Source of the DNA: Heptranchias perlo | Taxonomy: Eukaryota | Assembly (NCBI RefSeq): GCF_035084215.1 | Contig: NC_090328.1 | Coordinates: 5,952,001 to 6,016,000 of the forward strand | DNA length: 64,000 bases | Reading direction: 5' to 3' | In this document: positions 40,561 to 51,381 of the stretch, piece after piece | How positions within the stretch are numbered: the stretch's first letter is position 1 | Layout: every line of letters begins with the position of its first letter | Position numbers and translations under genes: made by a program | Notes under the pieces: generated by a model | The model's input: the letters and a program-made list of their open reading frames with translations, nothing else | Told to the model about the DNA's origin: nothing | Database searches by the model: none

Positions 40561-40769
40561 GAATTGAACAAAAAATTGTTTCCCCCACCCCAATGAGGCA
40601 ACACTGCCCCTTGTTCACCTTGCTGATTCACCAACGTGGCGGAGATGCCAGTGTCGGCACACTGGGATGGTGAGCTGCAGGATAAGCAGACTTGTGTAAT
40701 TAAAGTCACCAACTCCAGTCAGACATATCCCTGGAGGATTCATCACACAACCTCCAACCATCCTGCCCC

Positions 40770-41212
40770 TGTCACTCACTGACCTACATTGGCTCCCGGT
40801 CCGGCAATGCCTTGATTTTAAAATTCTCATCCTCGTTTTCAAATCCCTCCATGGCCTCGCCCCCTCCCTATCTCTGTAACCTCCTCCAGCCCTACAACCC
40901 TCCGAGATCTCTGCACTCCTCCAATTCTGGCCTCTTGCGCATCCCCGATTTTAATCACTCCACCGTTGGCGGCCGTGCCTTCAGCTGCCTCGGCCCTAAG
41001 CTCTGGAATTCCCTCCCTGAACCTCTCCGCCTCTCTCTCCTCCTTTAAAACGCTCCTTAAAACCCACCTCTTTGACCAAGCTTTTGGTCACCTGTCCTAA
41101 TATCTCCTTATGTGGCTCGGTGTCAAATTTTGTTTTGACAATCGCTCCTGTGAAGCACCTCGGGACGTTTTACTACGTTAAAGGCGCTATATAAATGCAA
41201 GTTGTTGTAGTT
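40770..41212 (+). mobile_element. L2 LINE 3' fragment
   Basis: LHWLPV...GGRAFS...WNSLP; ends GCAAGTTGTTG. Confidence 0.9.
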
Positions 41213-42129
41213 GCCATTAGATGCCCGACAACTCATCCCACGAACCGTTGAGTCAGGAGAAATTCAGCTTATTTCCATGAGATTTGGCGAGGCCGCGTTG
41301 CAGGCGATTGAGATGCTGAGGGACACAGATACTGTCGATATAAGATAGGCCATTGAATGTGGACTGGGAGAATAGAAGTAATAGGGGGGCAGCTGTAAAA
41401 CACAACAGGCCACAGGGGAGAGCAGGAGATTTCCCAGAGTAATGGATATGGGCAATAGACTCCAACAAAAAAAAACAACTCATGCTGAGCACATTAAATC
41501 CGACATCAACAAAAAAACTGTGGAACTACCTGATTAGGAATGGGAGTGAAGGTTACAGGATCACGTAACTCCAGAAAGTTAAAAGGTTTAAAAGGACGGC
41601 TGGGAGTTTGTAGATAGAACCTGAGGAGTGTGGGAAGGTTTAAAAATCAGAATCAGCTCGATGAGCATCAGAATGGATGTTGTGATAGGCTGGAATTAAT
41701 GCAACCTAGGTGGCATTCGCAAGATCAGGAGATAGGTTCAGATAAAGAAGGTTCTTGCTGTTCTATCCCAACCCTCCCAGAGTACCAGCCCTGCCTACTG
41801 AGACATTCCATCAGTCAAAACACAAACTACCTTCGTTACACAGGGGACCAACCCCAGCTTTCAATTCACAACCCTCTTGTAAAAAGGTGGGAATGCGGCT
41901 GGTCTCACTTGCTCCCTTAATCTTTAGCCTTTTGGCTTTCTTCCCCATGCTCAGTCTTCTCTCTCTCTCTCTCCCTCTCTCTTTTCTTTCACTTGCTTTT
42001 ACTTTCTTTATTTTTCCCCTTTTCTCCCTCTTTCTTATTCTCCCTCTTTCTTTCTCTCTCTCTCTCTCCCTTTCTGCGTTCGTCTAAAGATTGCCATGGC
42101 CACGAGGAGCGATCGGCCTGAATCAGGAG

Positions 42130-42370
42130 GTTAGGGGAAGGAAACCTGCCGTCCTCACCCGGTCCGGCCTATACGTGACTCCAGTCCCACACTAACGTGG
42201 TTGACTCTTAACTGCCCTCTGAAGTGGCCTAGCGAGCCACACAATTGTTTCAAGCCTCTACCAGCGATTTAAGAAGGCCCACCATCACCTTCTCAGGGCA
42301 ACTCGGGATGGGCAATAAATGCTGGCCTTGCCAGCGATGCCCACATCTCGAGAATGAATATTAAAAAGAA
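42130..42370 (+). mobile_element. SINE 3' half (40128 family)
   Basis: Collinear with 40345-40555. Confidence 0.8.
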
Positions 42371-42536
42371 GTTAAGGGCCACGTCTCACTAACCTACTGA
42401 AAGTCTCCCAGACTGTAACTAAGTTAATGAAACATGGCTCGCACCCTTTACAGTCCAGGGAGATCATTTACAGACCTTGGGTAGGGTCTATTATAGGACA
42501 GGTGGCTTTGGGAAGGAAAGAGCTTTTTCTTTTATT

Positions 42537-42945
42537 CTGCAGCGGTTCAAGAAGGTGGCTCACCACCACCTTCTCAAGGGCAATTAGGGATGGGCAATAA
42601 ATGCCGGCCTCGCCAGCGAAGCCACATCCCACGAACGAATAAAAAAAAAATTCTCAGGATGTGGGCGTCGCTGGCGAGGCCAGCTTTTATTGCCCGTCCC
42701 TAATTGCCCTTGAGAAGGTGGTGGTGAGCCGCCTTCTTGAACCGCTGCAGTCCGTGTGGTGAAGGTTCTCCCACAGTGCTGTTAGGAAGGGAGTTCCAGG
42801 ATTTTGACCCAGCGATGATGAAGGAACGGTGATATATTTCCAAGTCGGGTTGGTGTGTGACTTGGAGGTGGTGTTGTTCCCATGCACCTGCTGCTCTTGT
42901 CCTTCTAGGTGGCGGAGGTCGTGGGTTTGGGAGGTGCTGTCGAAG
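42537..42945. mobile_element. Two tail-to-tail 'HHHLLKGN' LINE 3' fragments (+ 42537-42650; - 42655-42945)
   Basis: Inverted arms of about 94 bp at 42537-42630 and 42657-42750. Confidence 0.88.
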
Positions 42946-43065
42946 AAGCCTGTCACTGCAGTGCATCCTGTTTCAGAGCCTACACCACATGAAGCTTTAA
43001 TGGGAGGAGTTGTACGGCCTTTTCTCATTCTGTGCTTTCCTGTGATACGTTGTTATGCCTCAAAA

Positions 43066-43465
43066 GTGTCCGTGAGAACGGCTGGACCATGGAGACCCCG
43101 GATAGGGTGACGGGTAGAGAAGGGAAGTCTGCCGTTCTGTTCTGCAAGTTCACTCACCCTTACCCTGGATATAAAGGCAACATCACCGTCATGTAGATGA
43201 GAAACCTGGAAAGATGTGGCACTTTTTAATTACACAAATTATCGATCACTAAACTGGCAGAGCAGTGGGTTTGAGAATCTGATCCACCAGAATGTAGACG
43301 AGCGCTACAGACTGATGGGGAACCCGAGGGAGAACGATGCTTCCATAATGATCCAACATCTGACTCTACGCGATAACGAACGGCAATTTATTTGCCTTGT
43401 GGATCTCCAGGACTATACGAATGAAACCTCCCAAAGCTTGTTTCAAACAATTCTTGTGGTGGCAG
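43066..43465 (+). pseudogene. Disabled Siglec-15-like V-set exon (pseudo-exon)
   Basis: Reads WTMETPDRVTGREGKSAVLFCKFTHPYPGYKGNITVM* (TAG at 43194-43196 in place of the conserved Trp), then a frameshift, then WKDVALFN...RYRLMGNPRENDASIMIQHLTLRD..FICLVD...LVVA. The phase-1 donor CAG|GTGAGG is intact, but there is no in-phase AG acceptor. Confidence 0.85.
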
Positions 43466-43485
43466 GTGAGGTGGATTATTGGGTC

Positions 43486-44020
43486 ATAGAATCATGCCAC
43501 ACAGGAGGAGGCCATTCGGCCCATCGTGCCTGGGCCGGCTCTTTGAAAGAGCTATCCAATTAGTCCCATTCCCCCTGCTCTTTCCCCGTAGCCCTGCAAT
43601 TTTTCCCTTTAAAGTATTTATCCAATCCCCTTTTGAAAGTTATTATTGAATCTGCTTCCACCGCCCTTTCAGGCAGCGCATTCCAGATCATAACAGCTCA
43701 TCTTTGGTTCTTTTGCCAATCACCTTCAATCTGTGTCCTCTGGTTATTGACCCTCTGCCACTGGAAACAGTTTCTCCTTATTTACCCTATCAAAACCCTT
43801 CATCATTCTAAACACCTCTATTATGGGGATCGAGCAGGAAAGTCGAGTTGAGTTTGAAGATCAGCCATGATCTTATTGAATGGCGGAGCAGGCTCGAGGG
43901 GCTGTATGGCCTACTCCTGCTCCTATTTCTTATGTTCTTATGTTCTTATTAAATCTTCCCTTAACCGTCTCTGCTCTACGGAAAACAACCCCAGCTTCTC
44001 CAGTCTTTTCACGTAACTGT
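43486..44020 (-). mobile_element. CR1 fragment containing a nested + strand CR1 3' end (about 43823-43950)
   Basis: The host resumes after an insert ending (TTCTTATG)n; TATTA occurs at both junctions. Confidence 0.85.
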
Positions 44021-44126
44021 TTCTATTACTCAAGTGCTGTGTTGTGAGGCGATTGCTTAGAAAAGATGTCCCTCTTGTCCCTCTGCCAATTTTTATCCCC
44101 TCCAAACTAATCTAAAGTAAAGCTAA

Positions 44127-44585
44127 GCAGTGGCTCAGTGGATAGCACTCTTGCCTCTGATTCAGAATGGTCGTGGGTTCAACTCCCACTCCAGAGACTT
44201 GAGCACATAATCCAGGCTGACCCTCCCAGTGCAGTACTTGAGGGAGTGCTGCACTGTCGGAGGTGCTGTCTTTTGGATGAGACATTAAACCGAGGCCGCG
44301 TCTGCCCTGGATGTAAAAGATCCCACGGCCACTGTTCGAAGAAGAGCAGGAGAGTTCTCCCTGGTGTCCTGGACAATATTTATCCCTCAACCAACATCAC
44401 TAAAAACAGATGATCTGCTCATTATCACATTGCTGTTTGTGGGACCTTGCTGTGCGCAAATTGGCTGCCCCGTTTCCCACATTACAACAGTGACTGCACT
44501 TCAAAAGTACTTCATTGGCTGTAAAGCGCTTTGGGACATCCTGAGGTTGTGAAAGACGCTGAATAAATATAAGTTCTTCCTTTCT
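44127..44585 (+). mobile_element. Full-length DeuSINE (SacSINE1-like)
   Basis: tRNA-like head (TGGCTCAGTGG A box, GGTTCAACTCCC B box), central Deu-like domain and an L2-like 3' tail. Confidence 0.85.
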
Positions 44586-44594
44586 TTTTATTTG

Positions 44595-44760
44595 TAAACA
44601 ATTTTACAACACCAAGTTATAGTCCAGCAATTTTATTTTAAATTCACAAGCTTTCGGAGGCTACCTCCTTCCTCAGGTGAACGATGTGGAAATGAAATCC
44701 TCAAAATGAAGTCGCATTTATAATTCACGGAACAATGCTTGGTGATAACAGTGCTTGGTG
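44595..44760 (-). mobile_element. Penelope-like element terminal (pLTR) fragment
   Basis: ACAACACCAAGTTATAGTCCA..TTTATT..TCACAAGCTTTCGGAG terminus, recalled as a PLE end in fish genomes; contains a hammerhead core. Confidence 0.65.
44643..44681 (-). ncRNA. Minimal type-I hammerhead ribozyme motif
   Basis: Minus strand reads UUCAC-CUGAGGA-A-GGAGG uag CCUCC-GAAA-GC-UU-GUGAA: core CUGANGA/GAAA/UH, 5-bp stems I and II, and a palindromic AAGCUU stem III. Confidence 0.7.
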
Positions 44761-45609
44761 ATAATTTCTTTTTATTGTGAGGTAAATAGTCATTTCAATT
44801 TGTCGTAAAGGTGCCTCACTTTCTGTTTCAGTGACTATCTCCACACATGCAAATGACGATCCAGATTCTTTCCCCTCAGTCTGGTTCAGTAAAAACTGAA
44901 GTCGAATACATTTTAAAGTTCATCACAACTTTAATAGCAGGTCTTAGTCTGTAGCTTCAATTCAGATTCCTGAGAGAATCCGAACGATTCTAACAGAATA
45001 AGGAGACAAAGACAAAGACAAAAACTCATACCTTTACATTTATACAGATCGATAGGGGTTGGAACATCATTAACACAAGAGTCAACACCAATCATAAGCC
45101 GGGCACAGGTTGCCATGCGAGATTACATTATTGCCGGCCAATCATAGACAATCCATGTGCTGACCATGTTGCTGTTAGACATCAAAGGGGATACTTCCTC
45201 ACCTTCCAACTTGGAATGTTCTTCCCTGTTCCTTCTGTTCCTTATCTCCCAACCTGGAATGTCTTTCAACTTTGGCTAAGCTCGTTACCTATATTGATCT
45301 GCCATAAACATGGAGACATTCAGACCAGTCCTTGAATCACATCAAAGACTCTACATTGATGAGACAATGCAAACCTGCTAACTACGCAAACATATGGCCC
45401 AGCAGGAGGCCAGGCCACCTGTACCATTCTCAGTTACTAACTAATTAACCCTTTCTAACCATTTTGCATTCTGCTTCTTTGCCACGTAGGCATTTTAATA
45501 TTTTACCGAAAACTGACCACGTAGGGATTCTCACAAACATAACGTAAACTGTCTCCATACACTGCGCTACTGAATAATATACATTCTTTGAAACCCTTCT
45601 CTATCTCAG

Positions 45610-45969
45610 CTGATAGGAACAATATCTGGCGAGTGACTGTGAACAAGGGAGATTCTGCCACACTGCCCTGCACCTTCAGTCCCCCTGACCAGTATCCGAG
45701 TAATATCACTGTCCTCTGGATGAAGGAGAATCCATGGAAAGAGTCGGTTGTTTTTAATCAAACTCGTTCCCTCAGGGATGGTTCTGACTCAGTTACTGTA
45801 AATAAAGGAGATCGATATCAGCTGATCGGAGACCCAACCCAAGGAGACGCCTCCATAAGGATGAGGGACCTGGGGCTGAACGACACCAGCAAGTATTTCT
45901 GTCACGTACACGTCAAGAATGGGGGAAGGGAATATGTGACTCAGGATGAGATGAGGCTACAGGTTGTCG
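45610..45969 (+). CDS. Siglec-15-like receptor, intact V-set Ig exon
   Basis: Acceptor TTCTCTATCTCAG|, 360 nt, phase 1-1, donor CG|GTAAGG. Motifs ATLPCTF, VLW, RYQLIGDP..GDASI and D...YFC resemble Siglec-15 VLPCTF...RFRLLGNP.RNDLSL...YFCRV. Confidence 0.9.
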
Positions 45970-46064
45970 GTAAGGAAACATATACGTCAAAGATAACAGG
46001 AAAAATAACTTTTGACCATTTTTTATTTTGTCATCCGGTCATTGAATGGTTTTGATAGTTTTTT

Positions 46065-46260
46065 TTGTATTCATTCTTGCGATATTGGCATCGCTGGCAA
46101 GGCCGGCATTTATTGCCCATCCCTAGTTACCCTTGAGAAGGTGGTAGAGGTCGCGGGTTTGGGAGGTGCTGTCGACGAAGCCTTGGCGAGTTGCTGCATT
46201 GCATCCTGTGAATAGTACACACTGCAGCCACGGTGCGCCGGTGGTGAAGGGAGTAGATGT
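46065..46260 (-). mobile_element. Degraded 'HHHLLKGN' LINE 3' fragment
   Basis: GGCATTTATTGCCCATCCCTAG..CCCTTGAGAAGG. Confidence 0.75.
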
Positions 46261-46319
46261 TCAGCACTGTGCACTGAGGCAAAAAAATATTACTTATCGA
46301 TTACTATCGGTGACACTAG

Positions 46320-46920
46320 TGAACGATTGCCTGCTTCGCCATCAATTAGATCACAGCTGATCTGTACCATAACTCCATTTTCCTGCCTTTGCCCCATATC
46401 CCTTGATACCCTCAGCTGACAAAAATCTATCGATCTCAGTCTGGAAAGCTCCAATTGACTCCCAGCATCCACAGCCTTTTGTGGGAGGGAGTTCCAGATT
46501 TCCACTCCCCTTAGAGTGAAAATGTGCTTCCTGATTTGACTCCTGAACGGCCTGGCTCTAATTTGAAGATTGTGCCCCCTTGTTCTGTATTCCAAGTTAT
46601 TATTGAACCTGCTTCCACCGCCCTTTCAGGCAGTGAATTCCAGATCAGAACAACCCGCTGCGTAAATTTTTTTTTCTCGTGTCGCCTCTGGTTCTTTTGC
46701 CTTAAATCTGTGTCCTCTGGTTACCGACCCTTCGGACACTGGAAACAGTTTCTCCCTATTTAAAATAGTTTCTCTGTATCTACCCGATCGAATCCTTTTA
46801 CCATTTTATGCACATCAATTAAAATTCTAAACTCAAGGGAATGCAACCCATGTTTATGCATCCTGTCCTCATAATTTACCACTTCAAGTCCTGGTATCAT
46901 TCTGCTAAATCTGCCCTATA
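46320..46920 (-). mobile_element. Cluster of CR1 fragments
   Basis: RGHNL..WNSLPQKAV frames; a second fragment starts at about 46595. Confidence 0.8.
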
Positions 46921-47197
46921 TCACCCTCCCCCCTCCCCCCCCCCGCCGCCAAGGCCAGTATATCCTTTGTGAAATGAGATTCACCAATTTGAACATACAT
47001 TCCTGAGATAAAGCATTACCGAAGGTGAAATGTTTAGCTTGATGGAGAGTGTCAATGCGAGTATGTTATCTAACTTGGACACAAGCATTTAATTAACAAG
47101 CCCAGGCAAGAATTGAGATTAGAAACAATGGACGTTTACAGCCCATTCTGATTCCAAGTCTTATGTCCCTTAAGTTTTAACGATTTACAAGGGACTT

Positions 47198-47638
47198 ATC
47201 ATAGAATCATAGAATGATACAGCACAGGAGGCCATTCAGCCCATCGTGCCTGCACCGGCTCTTTGAAAGATCTATCCAATTAGTCCCATTCCCCTGCTCT
47301 TTCCCCGTACCCCTGCCAATTTTCCTGCTTCAAGTATTTATCCAATTCCCTTTTGAAAGTTATTATTGAATCTGCTTCCACCGCCCTTTCAGGCAGCGTA
47401 TTCCAGATCAGAACAACTCGCTGCATAATTTTTTTCCCCTCATGTCGCCTCTGGCTCTTTTGCCAATCGCCTTAAATCTGTGTCCTCTGGTTACCGACCC
47501 TTCGGACACTGGAAACAGTTTCTCCTTATTTACTCTATCAAAACCCTTCATGGTTTTGAACAACTGTATCAAATCTCCCCTTAACCTTCTCTGATCTAAG
47601 AAGAACAACCCAAGCTTCTCTAGTCTCTCCATGTAACT
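47198..47638 (-). mobile_element. CR1 3' fragment abutting the exon-4 acceptor
   Basis: SYMERLEKLGLF...RGHRFK and an ATTCTATG tail. Confidence 0.9.
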
Positions 47639-47665
47639 TATCGACGTCTTTCTTTCTTCCCCAAG

Positions 47666-48043
47666 CCCCAGCCACCATCCTGGAGCTGTCGGTCGTGACC
47701 GATAACATAATCGGAGACTCCATCGTGTGTAAGGTCGAAGGGGAGCCACCTGCAAACATCACATGGATCGACCCTGAAAACAGCGCACTGCCCGGGAACA
47801 GCACGACAGTCACACAACTCCTGGAAAAACATCAAACTGTCGGAGAGATTCTTAACCCAACGCTGAGAGGGAACTACAGTTGTGTGGCTGTAAATGAGCA
47901 CGGGAGGGACGTCCGTCAGATCCACTTCCCCGCCGCTGACAACGATTACTCGAATTTCATTATCGCGATGCTGTGCCTGATCCCGCTAGCTAAATTTCTC
48001 CTCCTGCTGATAACAGGGATCATTCTCTTCATTAAAATAAAAG
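47666..48043 (+). CDS. Siglec-15-like receptor, C2-set Ig plus transmembrane exon with intramembrane Lys
   Basis: Polypyrimidine tract then AAG| (alternative CAG| giving a start at 47672), phase 1-1, donor AAG|GTACGT. Reads APATILELSV...CKVEGEPPANITW...GNYSCVAVNEHG; TM FIIAMLCLIPLAKFLLLLITGIILFI. Confidence 0.9.
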
Positions 48044-48361
48044 GTACGTCAAACTTCGGCTGTTTTGTGATTTGACGAGCAAATAATCAGTGAGGTCATA
48101 ACGGCACAAAACAATACAAGTGGATCCTAAATGTTACTGGAAACTACAAACCTGCTTCTCCAGATCATGATTAATACACGGAATTTTTAGAGTGTGGCAC
48201 TAACTTGTCTCTGATATCGAAATAAATACTTGTATAAGCAACTGTCGGATCTCCCATGGCATTGCTCAGTTACAGGGTATGTTAAAGTGTGACATCCAAA
48301 GTATGACAGGAATTAATTGTGACAGATAATTATAAGAGATGTAAATAAGAATTTTAAGACA

Positions 48362-50868
48362 CTATTGGGTGTATCCTCTCGGCCACTAAATAGTGGGAAG
48401 GAGAGAGAGGAGCAAATTTGCAGGAAAATTACAGAAAGGTGCAAAAACTATAGAGTAGTGATAATGGGGGACTTCAATTATCCTAATATAGAGTGGGACA
48501 GTAACAGTGTAAAGGGCAAAGAGGGGGAGGAATTCCTGAAACGTGTTCAAGAGAACTTTCTTGAACAGTGTGTTTCCAGCCCAACGAAGATGGAAGCAAC
48601 GCTGGATCTAGTTCTGGGGAATCAAGTGGAGCATGTTTCAGTGGGGGAGCATTTGGGGAACAGTGATCATAATATCATTAGGTTCAGAATAGTTATGGAA
48701 AAGGACAAGGAACATACTTAATTGGAGCAGGGCTAATTTCAGTGAGTTAAAAAAGAGATCTTGCGCAGATAAATTGGAATCAAAGAGTAAGGAGCTCTGG
48801 TGAGACCTCACCTGGAGTATGCATACAGTTTTGTGCTCCTTATCTAAAGAAGAATATACTTGCCATAGAGGGAGTGCAACAAAGGTTCACTAGATTGATT
48901 CCTGGGATGAGAGGGTTGTCCTATGAGGAGAGATTGAGTAGAATGGGCCTTTACTCTCTGGAGTTTAGAAGAATGAGAGGTGATCTCATTGAAACATATA
49001 AAATTTTTAGAGGGCTTGACAGGGTAGGCGCTGAGAGGCTGTTTCCCCTGGCTGGAGAGTCTAGAACTAGGGGTCATAATCTCAAGATAAGGGGTCAGCC
49101 ATTTAGGACCGAGATGAGGAAAAATTTCTTCACTCAGAGGGTTGCGAATCTTTGGAATTCTCTACCCCAGAGGGCTGTGGATGCTCAGTCGTTGAGTATA
49201 TTCAAGACTGAGATCGGTAGATTTTTGGACACTAAGGGAATCAAGGGACATGGGGATAGGGCGGGAAAGTGGAGTTGAGGTAGAAGATCAGCCATGATCC
49301 GATTGAATGGTGGAGCAGGCGTGAAGGGTTAGATGTAAGGTTCATAATACAGCAGAGAACGAAGCTGCATATGGAAAGTAGAGAGGAGATCTAAAAAAGA
49401 AAATAAGAGGGGCAAAGAAAGGGTATGTGAATAGATTAGCGGCTAATGTAAATGGGAACCCAAAAGGCTTTTATAAACATATAAATAGTAAAAGGGTAGT
49501 CAAAGGAATGATGGGGCTGATTAGGGACAAAAAAGGAGATCTCCTTGTGGAGGCAGAGGGCATAGCTGAGGAACTAAGTGAACACTTTGCATCGGTCTTC
49601 ACTAGAGAAGAGGATGCTGCCATTGTAGCAGTAAAGGAGGAGGTAGTAGCGATATTGGATAGGATAAAAATAGATAAAGAGGAGGTACTTAAAAGATTGG
49701 CTGTACTCAAAGTAGAAAAGTCACCCGGTCCAGAGGGGATGCACCCGAGGTTACTGAGGGAGGTAAGGGTGGAAATTGCGGAGGCTCTGGCCACAATCTT
49801 CCAATCCTCCTTAGATATGGGGGTGGTGCCGGAGGACTGGAGGATTGCAAATGTCACACCCCTGTTCAAAAAAGGGGAGAGGGATAAACCTGGCAATTAC
49901 AGGCCAGTCAGCCTAATGTCGGTGGTGGGGAAACTTTTAGAGATAATAATCTGGGATAAAATTAATTGGCACTTGGAAATGAATGGGCTAATAAATTAAA
50001 GTCAGCATGGATTTATTAAAGGAAAATCACGTTTGACTAACTTGATTGAGTTCTTTGATGAAGTAGTGGAGAGGGTTGATGAGGGTGGTACAGTTAATGT
50101 GTATATAGACTTTCAAAAGGCATTTGATAAAGTACCACATAATAGACTTGTTAGCAACATTAAAGCCCATGGGATTAAAGGGACAGTGGCAGTGTGGATA
50201 TAAAATTGGTAAAGGGACAGAACGCAGAGAGTAATGGTGAATGGTTGTTTCTCAGACTGGAGGGAAGTATACAGTGGTGTTCCTCAGGGGTCAGTATTAG
50301 GACCACTGCTCTTTTTGAAATATATTAATGACCTGGACTTGGGTATACAGGGTATAATTTCAAAGTTTGCAGATGATACAAAACTAGGAAATGTAGTAAA
50401 CAGTGAGGAGGATAGTAACGGACTTCAGGAGGACATAGACAGACTGGTGAAATGGGCAGACACATGGCAGAAGAAATTTAATTTAAGGGGAGCTTTGATA
50501 GAGGTGTTCAAAATCATGATGGGTTTTGATAGAGTAAATAAGGAGAAATTGTTTCCAGTGGCAGGAGGGTCGGTAACCAGAGGACACAGATTTAAGGTGA
50601 TCGGCAAAAAAACCAGAGGGGAGATGAGAAAACATTTTTTGTTACGCAGCGAGTTGTTATGATCTGGAATGCACTGCCTGAAAGGGCGGTGGAAGCAGAT
50701 TCAATAATAACTTTCAAAAGGGAATTGGATAAATACTTGAAAAGGAAAACATTGCAGGGCTATGGGGAAAGAGCAGGGGAATGGGGCTAATTGGAGAGCT
50801 CTTTCAAAGAGTCAGCACAGGCACGATGGGGCGAATGGCCTCCTCCTGTGCTGTACTATACTATGATA
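48362..50868 (+). mobile_element. Long degenerate CR1 ORF2 (APE endonuclease plus RT), with a nested CR1 3' fragment at about 48790-49335 and internal deletions
   Basis: MGDFNYP, LDLVL, SDHN, KSPGP.GMHP, NYRPVSL, GVPQGSVLGP and FADD motifs, interrupted by stops. Confidence 0.93.
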
Positions 50869-51357
50869 CAATGATATATAATAGTAGGTTTCTTGTATCA
50901 TCAGAGGTTTTATAACTCTAGGAGAGTTACACGAAGTAGTATTATGAGGGGCACTGATTTATGCTCCAGTGGTTTTGGAATCTGGCTGTAATACGGGGTG
51001 TTTACGGTAATTTTATCCCACTTCAGGAATGTTTCCTTTCTGTTTTACCAATAGTCCCTTTGATAAATATGTTGGAAATAAAAACCACATCTTCCCAGAA
51101 TAAAGTACACGGAGACTCAGGACTGTGTGCATGAATAATAATTCGGAACTGAAACCTCTCCAGTCTTCAGTGCCCTTCAAAATTCTTAGATACACTCCCC
51201 AACTTTGAGGTTGGAGATCTAGCTTTGCAATTCATAGTTTTAATTCCAATTCCTATATTAACATATGCATTAGTGATACCTCTTCTGTACGATAAGTATG
51301 AAATACTGAAGGCTTTTGGACTAAGTACAGTCAATTATTTACTCTTCTTCCCTACAG

Positions 51358-51381
51358 ATTAAGTGACTGTACAAACTGAGG
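51358..51381 (+). CDS. Siglec-15-like receptor 24-nt microexon containing the stop codon (…KIKD*, TAA at 51360-51362)
   Basis: Strong acceptor TTTACTCTTCTTCCCTACAG| and consensus donor AGG|GTAAGT; phase 1-1. Confidence 0.62.

Noticed and set aside
44127-44205. tRNA gene
   Set aside because: The A/B boxes continue directly into a SINE body, so this is a SINE head.
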